Below, one piece after another: positions 41,747 through 53,848 of a stretch of 64,000 nucleotides of DNA (within the stretch, counting starts at the first letter, position 1; each line of letters opens with the position of its first letter). Source of the DNA: Trichosphaerium sp. ATCC 40318 (lineage: Eukaryota; Protista; Tubulinea); the NCBI GenBank assembly GCA_038496445.1, contig JALMLS010000279.1:84903-148902 (forward strand). Reading direction: 5' to 3'. The position numbers and the translations under genes are program-made. Below the pieces are notes generated by a model that searched no databases, was not told the origin of the DNA, and worked only from the letters and a program-made list of their open reading frames with translations.

Positions 41747-42586
41747 TGGTAGACTATTGTTGCTTCAATCGTACTACAATGGTTGTCTCTTCTCAGCTGT
41801 TTTGAACTGTACCACGCTTAGTCTTCATTGTTCAAAACAGAAAACTGTCACGTGACTTTTAGATTTACAAAACTATTTGTGTAGTACAATTCTAGAGGTG
41901 GGCGTTTTACAACTATGGCTGGTAAGCGTGAAATCTTTTATCTGGCAAGCAAGCGGGAGTAGACTGTCGAAATACAACTCTGAGTCTCGGTAAAACAATG
42001 TATTTCTCAGACATTTCGACTATCATCTATTAGTGATTTTCTATTTGAAGAGTTGTGAAGTTTCAAGTTTTTCTTGAACGAGAAAATTAAGAAACATGAT
42101 AATATTCTCAAACCTTGAGTATTTGACACTTTTCTAAACTTGGAACGTAGGTTGTATTTTGCAACCAATAAGGAACGCAATGTGCTCTTGAAAATAGTTT
42201 CAAAAATAACATTATTCAGCATTGTTCATGTCCAGTCCCGCCGCTGATAGATGCCGTTTAAGGGCTTCGTTACAGTACATCTTAAACAATTTAAAAGGTT
42301 GCTTGGTATTCTTTTTACGTGGGTAATAATTGCAAGCAGGATCCTCGTGACAACTAAAGTATCACACAATCAACAGCCTAAGGTTTGCAGATAGGCAGCG
42401 AACACTGACGGAAAATTTGGAGCGAGGCTGTAGAGGCCATTGTAAGTATGATAGACCAGACATATAGTGTCACACTCACCATTTCTTGTAGATTGTGCTT
42501 TGCGTGAAAAACTAGGTTTCTCAATTCCGTTTTGATTGATGCTCCAAGATTGAGTGATAGCGCAAAGATTAGACAGTCTAAATCAA

Positions 42587-44303
42587 ATGAATACGCAGTT
42601 TACGCTCTCCAGGGCACTCAATAGTAAACAAAGAATGTACTATCAACACCTAGTTGAAGTTTCAGACTTTACTATACTCTCTTACATAGTTTGCGTTATC
42701 ACTGTCTATTACCTCTTATTTACATTATACCAATACATAACACAAAAAAATCGTTCAAAACTACGTTGGAATGAATACCACCGTATAATTAGAGCGTGTA
42801 TTCGACCAAATGAACGACTTCCAATAATAAATCAATCATATTACATTCACCCAAAAATGTTGATGGAGTTTGTAACCAACGCTGTACAACGAAGACCTGA
42901 AATGATATTGGTTCCGTACGTTCCCATGATATGTCCTCCAGCGATGCCATATAGAGGTCTAAATCCTGTCATGCCAGTGTACGTTTAAAAGAAAGAAAAG
43001 GTAATGCTAAACTAAAAAGGCCTGACGCTAGGAGGGTGCCAGAAACGGACTTATACGAACAGCTTGATAGTTTGATTAATAACTTTCGAGACCTTAGTAG
43101 TCACGGAAACGAGAAAAAGGAAGGATTAGCAACTGAGAAACTATCTCCTTCTTCGAACGTGGTGGCTTTAACAACGCCATCTACTACAGTACCACCAACT
43201 ACATCTCCTTCAACAGTAATACCAGCTGCACTTCCTTCAGCTGCTCTACTTCCAACAGCAGCTCCGACACTGCCACCAGCAACAGTACAAAGAACTGACG
43301 TTCGGAAAAAAAAGGAAAAAAGCAAGAAAAAACGACCAACGGTAAGAAAAAGCAATAACCAAATTATACAGATACAACTTAATATTAATTAGGTATCGAG
43401 TTCTACAGCAAGCAAAGCATCACGAGCAAAACAGAAAGTTTCAAAGAATAAAGCCGTTCATTCTTTATCCAACTATTTTAAACAAAACAAAGGTGCAAAG
43501 AAAAAACAAAAACCAACACTCAAGCGTCCTTACAACAACCTCACCAACAAGAAAAGACGCCTGTCATTGCAATTAAAACAAGGAGGCTTAACAGTGGCCA
43601 AAAAGCGAGTAGAGAAGAAAGAAACTCCATCAACACAGCCTGCTGCACCACAAAATTCTAAAGAAAAAAAAGAAACTAAAGTCCAAACAGAACGTGCTAC
43701 TAAGAGAGATCAACGAAAACAAATGAGAGAACAGCGCAAGAAGGTATCTTTGACTTTTACAATATTATATATGTAAGTTAAACTGCATTCAGGGCTCCCG
43801 GTCTAAAGTTGACAAAGCTCAAGTTGCAAAGAACCAATCAAAACCAGATCCCAAACTACCTAAAGATAACATCATCAAAGCCAAACAACAAGTGCTCTTA
43901 CAACTGAAAAAAACAGCTTCAGACAAGGCCAAGAGAGCTATATTGAAGAAAAAAATACCTCAAGTGGCTAAGCCAGAAACTAAGGAGGAAAAAGAAAAGA
44001 GATTAAAAGAAGCGCGAGCCAATAAAAGAGATAAACGGAAACACAAGCGACAGAAGGTACCATAAAAAGCAAATTAACAAGTACCGTATTTTTCTTACAT
44101 TACTACTCAAGGGATCTAGTTCTAAAGCAGATACATTGCAAAAGATGGCTCAGAAAAAGTCAAAACCAGTGCAAGCTCCACATCAAAAAACCAAACTTAA
44201 AAGAAAAAGGAAGTTCACTAATCCTACACCAACACCAAACAAAAAAAAGAGCCGAGGTCCTAAGAACCCCGATGATAAAAACAACAAAAAAGAAAAACCA
44301 TAA
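42587..44303 (+). CDS. Hypothetical Lys-rich protein with N-terminal TM helix and internal duplication
   Basis: Hydrophobic ILSYIVCVITVYYLLFTLY; introns at ~42980, 43342, 43744 and 44057; related blocks LQLKQ..AKK..RATKRDQRK and LQLKK..AKR..RANKRDKRK; ends KEKP*. Confidence 0.55.
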
Positions 44304-44404
44304 AAATACTTACAAAACGTGTCATTATTGATGAACAAAAGACAAACTTCGAGGTTTTTTTTTCTCAATTTTTTCTTGATTACCTTGGTTTGTTTTATTT
44401 GTAT

Positions 44405-46824
44405 CTACTCCCTAGCAAGGAAATGATGTATCATTTTTGGTATACTATGGCATGAACTCAGTAACTGAGTAAAATCATCTGCTCCTGAATTTTTAAATGG
44501 AGAACCTTCTGGACACTTGACATTTATAACACCGTTTTCCTCAACATTTACTTCAATAGTAACCATTACTGGTAATAAAGTTACTGAAAATGATGTTCCA
44601 CCGGTTCCACCAAGTTCAATGACATCCGAATCTATATGGGAAACACAATGTAAGTACGGAGAAACAAGAGTAAGGATAAGAATCACGAGACATAAAAATA
44701 ACTTTTAGAAAAATCAAAAAAGTTGTAATATCAACTAGTTGTTCTTCCGTACTCCCTACTGCGTTATTATCCATTTCTGTAACTTCTCCGTCAAAGCAAG
44801 ATTTATACAGCTGAGACCACACTGCACATTGTCTCAAAATCTTACCAGTAAGTGTAAGTAGAAAGGCTTACATATAATTAAAAACCAAAACGTGGTGTTG
44901 AAAGAAAGCACCTTTGTTAGAGGCAATATCTCATCTGATGATTTAAATGGTATTTGATTAATTAACACGCCGTTAGGTAATGGCGCTCCAGTAGCATAAC
45001 GTCTGGTAATACCATCTAATGACTGCACAAACAAAGTTAAAAAACAAGAAAAAAAAAAAGCCTGTACAATTATGTTGTTCGTAGACTTAGCAAGAAGTGG
45101 TTGTACTGAACCTCCAACAGGATAATCTACTACAGGCATTTCACCTTGATTTCCTAAACGATACATCAACATCAGGACACAAGGTGGATTTTTTCTTGTT
45201 CTTTTTTTTACCTTTAGCAATGTGATGAATCTTATTCATGTAGTATCGTGGTACAACAACAGGAGGTGTTAATTCCATGATAAATTGTATTGGTAAACTA
45301 ACTCCATTTGCTCCAATTACAGGGCTTGGTTTAAACTGTGTACGTAACTTAAAAGAAACTGAGTATTCTTCTTTTAAGCCAGCTAAAAGAAAAGTTATAA
45401 GTTTAAGTTCATGAAACAAGTAGAAAATGACTGTCTAACCTTGTACTACATTTACAATATCTGAATATATATCATATTTATTTGGTGGTACATAAAATGT
45501 AAAACCTGCAAAAGAAATAAGACAAGACACAAAAGAAAAACAAAGAAAAAAAATTCTCAATGACACTTTTTTTTTGAACGTATTTACAATGTTACTACTT
45601 ACCAACACCAATACCTGCAATTACAGGTTTTAAAATACCATGTAATTCGTTCAAACATCTTATATAATCTCCTCCAGAACTAAGAGAAAGAAGTAAGGAG
45701 TTACAACCGCATAAAACTAAAAGAAAGAAAGCATAAAGTTAAACAGCTTCATAGACAGCCAATCATCACCTATCATTAGCATAAAGCTGTTCTATTTGCA
45801 TTCTCAATGCTCTATACAGTTCTAAAGCGCTCTGATCATTAACATAAGGAGGCTTGCTTATCAGAGAGTTAACTCTTTGTATAGTACTACTTCGTTCTAT
45901 CAATGTGACTACTATATCTCTTAGCCTCTGATAGTCAGACTCCCTACACGCACAAACGTAAGTCGATATATCAACTCTACAAAAACATACTCGACTGCTC
46001 GAAGGACCAAGTTTGAAACCAAATTAAACAGTTCAGGGTTCTCCTCTCCTGTTATAGCTACGATTGCAAGCTTTGGTTCATGTAAAGGAAAAGGTCCAAC
46101 AGTGATATCGATCATAAGAGAAGGATGGGAAAGAGTTATCTTCTGGTTCATTGTAGATTGGACTGTGATAGATAGAGGGTACACGTTGAGGTGTTGTATA
46201 CTCGCCACAGCTGCCTTTAGTCGTTGAAGTAGAAACCGCCTGTCAGTTCGTTGTGTAGATTTATCAAGCTCATCCCAGTGCTCTGACGCCTCATTACGCA
46301 TAAATTTGACCTTGTGTTAACGTTAGGGCGTAAAGTGTGGCAGTTACTATGTTTGAGTCCGTACCAAATCTAATACCGTAGATGAGGCTTTCTCGCCAAC
46401 GCCACGATCTTTTATATGCGTTAGAAGCCGTTTTCTGTTCTTTTCGTCCAATCCAGCCGTTGTGTTCTGCCATGATTCTAATATCATCCTTATATCCTGA
46501 CAGGCAGCCGATAACTACACTCTAGGGTCAAACCAGTGGAAAATAACGAACCAGTTGTAAACAAACGAACTATGTACATTTTGTAGGCTTTCCGCATTCG
46601 CTGATCCATATGCGTGCGCTAGGGTATGGTTAGTAACCCATAGCTCCAAATAACACGTGTGCGTTAAATAGCAAACAGTACATGACTCAGTTAGTACTAC
46701 AGACGCGCCACAGGCTCAAAAACGGTATAAAACCAACAAAATGCTCAACTTTACCTGTAGCGGGGTCTGGCTTGGGCAGACTCTTCCTTATGGTATTAAC
46801 CAGAGATTCGACAGATGCTGCCAT
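44405..46824 (-). CDS. MED1: Mediator subunit MED1 (conserved domain only)
   Basis: FIMELTPPVVV, IPFKSSDEILPLTK|ILRQCAVWSQLYKSCF and DDFTQLLSSCHSIPKMI parallel MED1 motifs as I recall them (IPFxHP..LIRHQVAYNTLIGSC; DDFIAKVVQRCMSIPVTM). Confidence 0.7.
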
Positions 46825-46901
46825 GCTGAGAACGAACAAACAAAAGCTTAACTGCTGAAAAAACGGATCAAAAACACTTGACTTCGTTTTACTTTGTTAG
46901 A

Positions 46902-48987
46902 TTACACTTCTGGATCTTCAGGATTACTGGACGCTTCAGACTTTGCAGATTTTTTTGACCGCGCAGATCCTTTTGAACGTGAAGACCTTCTCTTTGCGGA
47001 TTTCTTAGCAGATAGTCCTTTGTTCTTTTTCTTTTTGGATTTCTTCGATTTCTTTTTAATCTCTGGCTCTGTCACTACTAGTCTATATGTTACATTCTTA
47101 CTCCTATAAACAATCACACAGTCAGACTCTTGTGATACAATAATAAATAGAACAAATGCGCACCTCATGTAGCTGTAAGAATTATCAAACTTAATCCAAT
47201 AAATTCCTGCCTTATCTGTTATTAGACTGTCCTAAAACAACGTTAGAGATTTTATTATCAATCAAAGTAAAGCCGTACTTGAATAAAATCAAAAGAACTA
47301 TCTTCAGGCTTCTCAGGACCACGAATGATTTCCCTACAATACCAATGTCAGAAATTTGCCAAAAAAAAAAAAGAACCAAAAGTATCTTACCGTTTAGAGT
47401 CTTTATCAGCTTGATAAGCAATACTGAAAGATATATTGTACGCTTCAGTTTTATACTCCCAAGCAATTATAGTAGCCTTAGAAGATACATCAACTTGTCT
47501 TTCGAAAAAGGCTAAAAGAAAAAAGTGTCAATAAAACAGCGATCCTTCTTTTACATACATCCAGCCTTTACAGTAATCTGTTCACGTTGTGCAATAATTT
47601 CATCGTAGCTAAATATAATAAGCAAAATTCCAAAAATATTGCGCCATACGCATCAGTGCCTAGATCATCAGAATCAATTCTACACTTTCCTCCAGTCCCC
47701 ATAATATTTTTTTCTAAAAGTCATCAGTTTTGCACGACATAAATTTTCTCGCTTACCATTTCTCTCACCACCAAGATATGTTGGAATATACTTCTTATCT
47801 ATTACAGAGAATACATCATCTTGCCATCCTTTTTCACCGTATATTCTGATCTATAAGTGTTGTTAAAAACTATTTCAAAAAAGATTTCGATAACGATACC
47901 TTTTTCAATGTATTTTTATCAAATGCTGGTTTGACAATACCCCAAAGCATCGTGAATATAGAAGGTGCATTAACAACGTATAGAATACGGACTGATTCAG
48001 GGTAATTATCAGCATCCAAGCTAGACATGCGCTTTACAACTTCCAATGCTAAAAAGAAAATCAATTAAAAAAACATAACAATTAATCAATCTGTACCAGG
48101 TGTGTAACAATGTTGCCAACCAAGACCAGATAGATCCTAACAAAGATAACAAACAGTAAGTACTTATAAGGTAAAAGATCATAGTACCTGGACAATAACA
48201 GTACCAGTAGAGTTACCCTTTTCTTGTCGTATTTTTTCGCGTCTGAGGCCACAACATTAACGATTTGTGCGAATTGACGGTTTTAAGTTGTTCTCACGTA
48301 CCTTCTCTCTAAGGTCTCCATCTCGTAGAGATGTACATCGAGTATAAAATCCATTGGGAAAACATTCATACAACTCTTAGGGTCAACTGCTCCCAGTCGT
48401 TCAAAATATACTGGAAATCCATCTACTGTCTCTCCTTCGCATGTTGCTACAAGTTATGAGTTTTGTTGTACTATATTGTCTAGATTTGGAAATAGATGTC
48501 TTATTATGATTATAACCGCTCACGCGATCTCTGGCGCATTCGTTTTGTAGTTTAAAAGCCGAAAAAGAATTGTAGTTTGATACTAAAATAACAAGCGACT
48601 AAATTAGCTTTCGGTAACTCGTACAAGGCCAGTAAGACTCGAAAGGTTCAAAGTACTTTCGGTCGTGAATGCGTTCGACGAGTGTATCGATTTCTTTATC
48701 CTTACGCCATTTCATCGACTTTGCGAACATATCGGCAGCATCCTCGATGACTAAGTCGCGTGCACGAAGCCATCGAAGCAAAAATTCGTCCGAATGCTTC
48801 TCTTGGACCCACTCTTTCACTAATTTGTGTTTACGAAAGGTTGCAATCGCCTAGTAACATTAATACGTAAATAAACCGTTTATGTAACCTCTTTCTCCTC
48901 AGGCGTCCAAGATACATTATCAGGTGGTACTAGTCCCTTTTTTTTAACTTTAAGTTCCGGGGCAACGTCTTCTTTAGGTTCGGCCAT
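46902..48987 (-). CDS. SEC14-like lipid-binding protein (CRAL-TRIO_N, CRAL-TRIO, GOLD) with basic tail
   Basis: DEFLLRWLRARD; GFPVYFERLGAVDP; DNYPESVRILYVVNAPSIF..LWGIVKP; IPTYLGG; GIYWIKFDNSYSYMR|SKNVTY. Confidence 0.9.
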
Positions 48988-49151
48988 TTTTTTTATGCGT
49001 CAACTAAGTGTTGTACATGTTAAGGCATGCCCTCAAGTTACGCTACGTTGTGGCCTTACGTACCAATTGCTTTCCGTGTTTCTACGTGTTTAGTTATTGC
49101 GTAAGGCAGTATTCTGTGAAGCGGATTTCATATCGCAATAAAAAAACACAA

Positions 49152-50869
49152 ATGTTGCGTGCTGTGCGGCTAAATTCGCATAAACGGTACTACCAATTTG
49201 CTAAAATGCGTATTCACATAACTCAGAGCAGCGTTAAAGCAATTTGGCGCTAAACAGGTCCGAAGAATAAAAATACCAACCAGAGCATGTTCTACTGTTG
49301 AAACTCGCCTGCCAAGCGATTCAGTGGTCAAAACAAAGCTATTGTTTGGCTCTGATACTGAATTGCGTAGCAATTACATAAACATATTCGGAGACCTCCG
49401 TTTTGGCCTAATACTTGAAAAACTCGATAAGTTAGCTGGAGCAGCAGCGTATAAACACTTCGAAGGAGGAGCTAGAAATGTAACGCCACATAGCTCTTTA
49501 ATCGATAATCTGCTAGCGCCAGGGACAACACCAATGAGTGAGAAGAACCCATCAATCGCTATAGGTAAGTATTAACTCACTGAAATCGCTAAAAATTATG
49601 TCAAAAGTTACAGCGTCATGTGACAGAATTGGCCTAATAGATCGCCTACAACCTACAGTTGACATTCAATGCCAAGGTAATACTTTATTTTGACGCATAC
49701 AAGCAGAGTTCTTGTTTTGTCTTTGTCTTTCTGAAACACGTCTAGGTCGTGTTGTATACGCAGGGAGATCATCTATGGAAGTGGGATTAGATGTATTTTC
49801 TCTTGAAAATGATAAACCTGTCAAAAAACTAGTACAAGCAACCTTTACAATGGTGAGCGCTCATCGTGATGTCAACGTATTTAATATTATTCCGAAAGGT
49901 CGCTAGAGCTAAGGATAATACACGCGTTTATGTACCACAAATTAAACCTGAAAGTGAAGAAGATCAGAAAGTGTACGAAGCTGCTAAAGGTACGTGACAC
50001 ATTCCCATAAAAAACATAAAACAATGTACACGTTTTTAATTTTTTTTTTTCAGCTAGCAATAAAGAACGTGTTGCTCGTGCCAAGTCGTCACTTGCTCAA
50101 GTTCCGCCAACGCCAGAAGAGCGTTTGGTTATTCATGAATTGTTCATGCAAAGAAATAAAGCAACAGAAAAGTGGGTTGATATGAAAGATACAAAGCTAG
50201 AATCTACACTGTTGATGCAACCTCAAAAGCGTAATATTTACGGCAAGGTTAGTATCGTTGTTCAAATAGTAACAGTATATACAATACTCACACTTTGCAC
50301 TAGATATTTGGAGGATATTTAATGAGGATTGCAGTTGGTCAGACATTGAAACACTTTAGTTGTTCTAATTTTTTTTTCTAGAACAAGCATGGGCTGCTGC
50401 CATGTTGTATGCAAATGCCAAGCCTGTTTTCACATCTATCGATGAATTTTCTTTCCACGTGCGACTTTTGTAGTTTTTTTTCCGATCACGTTAACACCAC
50501 AAATTTAGAAACCTGTGGAGATAGGAAGTGTTTGTCAAGTTCACACAGGTTAGTTTTTAGAAATCCCTTTTGCTGTTTCATACTTATATCGTTCAAGTTG
50601 TTATTTATGCTACTGGCAACCAAGCGATTACTCAAGTAAAGATTGATGTTGTTGATCCTACGACTGGTGATTGCACAACTACAAATACTATGTATTGTAC
50701 ATTAAGATTTCCTAAAAACGTCAAATTGACAAAAATACTGCCAGTATATTACGACGATGCTATGTTGGTACACTACTTTTTCTTGCTTTTGTGTGAAATT
50801 ACTATTAACCAATATTAACCCAACGTGTAGTACTTGGAGGGGAAGCGAAGGGAACACTTACATACATAA
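49152..50869 (+). CDS. Acyl-CoA thioesterase, ACOT9-like double hotdog fold, mitochondrial
   Basis: YINIFGDLRFGLILEKLDKLAG; VTASCDRI; YAGRSSMEV; MQPQKRNIYGK|IFGGYLMR; Arg-rich presequence. Confidence 0.9.
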
Positions 50870-51455
50870 TAAATTTACGTAAGAAACTTTTTTATCAGTT
50901 GCTATAAGAGTTTACATTTGTTTTTGGACATGCTCTAAAGTACAGCCACTATACGAACTGATATGTACAATCTCATGTAACTAATCCACAAACAAGAAAT
51001 ACACCATGTAAATACTCAACTGTACAGGTCAGAAATGTGCAACCTCAGAATGTTCTTCAGTTGAACACTTGAAAAAAAAAGACCCATACAGGCGAACCTG
51101 TAAAGCAAAACCGGATGTGAGAATAAATTACTAATGGATCTGGAATATAACCGGAGCAAGTTTTCTTTAACAATTTTGTCTTATTTAAATAAACTATTGT
51201 GGGAAACATAAAAACATGTTGTTAGCATTAGTAACCTCAAAAGAATACTTATGTGATTTCGTTCTTTTTTTTTTCACAAAAGCAGAAAACTAACTGTTTT
51301 TTGACGACCAACAACTCATTGAAAGGTTGAATTTGAACAGAAGCTGTATTTTTTACCATAGTGAGTGAGTTTATAAGTCGTTGTCAGTTGTAAACTTGAC
51401 AAACAAGTATGAAATTTAGGAATATATGTACAATGTCTATCTGTAAACTTTTGCT

Positions 51456-52766
51456 TTAAAACACTAACCCAATGATAGAAATTAGCACAACCATAAATGT
51501 GCTTGTAGTCTAGGAAAGAAGTAAGCGAAGATACGAGTAAATTGTTTGTTTAACGTACAAGAGAAGACGCAGCTGACAAGTTTCCAGAATCAGGTGCTAG
51601 CGTAGATCCACTTGTAGGTGCGATAGTGGTACCCATCGTAGGCGCTACAACTCCTATTGTAGGTGACGCTGTCATGGTAGGAGAATCATTTGGTGCTTCA
51701 GGAGTAGTGTTTGAAGAAGTACAATACCCGGAATCAATAGGTAAACCATTTGGAAATGAAATAGAAGCAGAAAACCCAGGCAAAACACCAGAAATAGCAG
51801 TACCCGTGCAGGTAGTTAGGCCTCCTCTGATGTTATATGGAGTGTTATCTGAGCTGTCAATACATCCTTTGAGACACATTGGCACAAATGGGAAAAATTC
51901 TGGTGTTGGAAGCGGATCAACAGGTGTAGTGCAGTCGTCCTCGCTGCTAGCTTTGTGATATTGTCCCATCATATAGTAACGATAAACGTAGTCATCTATA
52001 GCACCGGTATCATCAAAGTAACCACCACATTCGTCAGCGCATACAGTGGCACCAGCAGTACTGAGAGAGCATTTCTTCATCATAACACCTCCTGGCCCAC
52101 GTGGCCCATACACCGGAAATCCATCTAAGGCGTATCCAAGAAGTGGTGAGTGATCTGTCTCGGTTTGATTTAGTTGAGCCATTAAACACGATGGAGGGAT
52201 ATGAGAATGATAAGAACCAACGCCTTAAAAAAAAGAAACTTAGACAAAAGATTAAAAAAAAGAAGAGCGAACATACCTTGTGCTGCATGACAACCGCATT
52301 CATCAAACGTGTCACCTTCTACAGCTGCAGCTGTAGTATCATAGTCAATAGCAGCAGTCTTACCTCCGTAGGAAGACCACAACATAGCATTACTGAAGAG
52401 CATTCCAATAGCACCAGGATGATCGCTTAAATCTTGGTTTACAGCTGGATCATACTTTGGTGTTTTAGGTATTACAAAGGTAGTGTTTCCAAACGAAGCC
52501 GGGTTCGGATTAATCCTTGTGTACTTATGGTTTGGGCAATGGTTTGTTGATATTGTTCTCGCTCCAGTGTTAGAATCGAAGTACTCACGGTAGTAGTAAT
52601 CAGTGCCGTCTGTAGCACAAGGAATGATTTCTGCTGTAGGCGGTTCGTTCATTGTTGGCCTTTGACAGCTACATAGTGCAACAAGTGCTTAAAACGCATT
52701 AGTATGCGAATAACATTGATTTCCTTGCAATATACCTGTTAATAGTATGAACGTTTTAGTATCCAT
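51456..52766 (-). CDS. Secreted or surface YHYH-domain protein with S/T/P stalk and hydrophobic C-terminus
   Basis: Signal peptide; ISTNHCPNH; GAIG...N; FDECGCH..|..YHSH..P; HSPLLGYALDGFPVYGP; ADECGG; YRYY; FPFVP.CLKG; C-terminus TTSTFMVVLISIIGLVF*. Confidence 0.8.
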
Positions 52767-53848
52767 TCTATAAGAGTTGTGTTGATATGTGTTTGCGTAT
52801 TGAGAAACTTTCTATTTTGATAAGTTTCAATAAATTGCTTAGTTTGTAACGCTATATTTTGTCCGAAACCTGCGGACACAATAAAAGCTGATTTCTCTTG
52901 GTTTAACCACTATAACCCCCTAGGTAGCATGTTACAAGTAAGAGGAATAGTGTAACGGCCATTCCTAGAGCAACAAACTTATTCGCTTCCCGTTAGCTAC
53001 ATACGCGCCCACTACATTTTAGTAGCGGATAGAAGCAATTACAAGTAGTTTTGTAGTTTTATTTTGTTTGGCTTCTACTGTATTGTGGCAATAGTCGGTG
53101 TTAGTGTAAAACATGGCGTATGCCGCTGGTATCGGTACATACTTGCCGAAAAGTTCGGACCGAAACTTGTGTACTAAACCTATACCTAACTGAGGCTCAT
53201 CGTTTTCCAGGCTATCTAGAGATGTTAATGCAATTACCACTGAGAGTTGTTTGGACGCTTGTAAAGCAAACTGTTAAAATGCCCGCAACTTGCCTCGTAA
53301 AATGTGTACAATAAAACGGAAAGTGACGTAACGATCGATCCGTCAATTGTTGTACACAGCCTTCTAAGTAGTTTGGTATACCAAAGAAACATCCACGTTC
53401 ACCCACATAACATATTGTCATTGAGTGACTTGATTTAAATTTCTTTGATGAGTCTTGTTGAAGCAAACTCACCAAAGTAAACAAAGCACCAAAATTGTTT
53501 CAAATACACGTACATTTCTTATTAACACGTGCAGGCTATGTTTGCTATTATTCTTTGTAGTATAGCTCTTGGAGGTATCTACAGGCTACTGGAGGCGTAA
53601 GGCAATTCGAAAAAGGTAACCACGTGCACAGGAATACGCATTTGGTTTATGGCGCAACAGCCAGACCAACTCCTCTTCACCAAGTACTTTCCAACAAAAC
53701 CACACAGTATTCTCTACGCATAGAGTACTTCTCTAGCTTCTTTTGCAACAAACAGTTAGATTTGGGCAGAGACCCGATTTGGCTGGAAAATTGTCTGTAC
53801 TTTTCTTGCCAAAATTAGTGCTAATATTACGTTAGAATTGCTTCGCTG

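Noticed and set aside
42210-42520. Short minus-strand exon-like piece (CHEDPACNYYPRK...)
   Set aside because: No convincing start or family match; too little support.
46824-46910. Possible SEC14-MED1 fusion by splicing from GAA|GTGTAA to CTCAG
   Set aside because: The join is out of frame and hits a stop within about 10 codons.
47195-47215. Apparent GC donor (AAG|GCAGGA) in the SEC14 gene
   Set aside because: The sequence is coding (DKAGIYWIKFDNSYS, GOLD domain), so it was not counted as a GC-AG intron.
52900-53830. Short ORFs between the YHYH and S53 genes
   Set aside because: No motifs or consistent splice structure; treated as a divergent promoter region.
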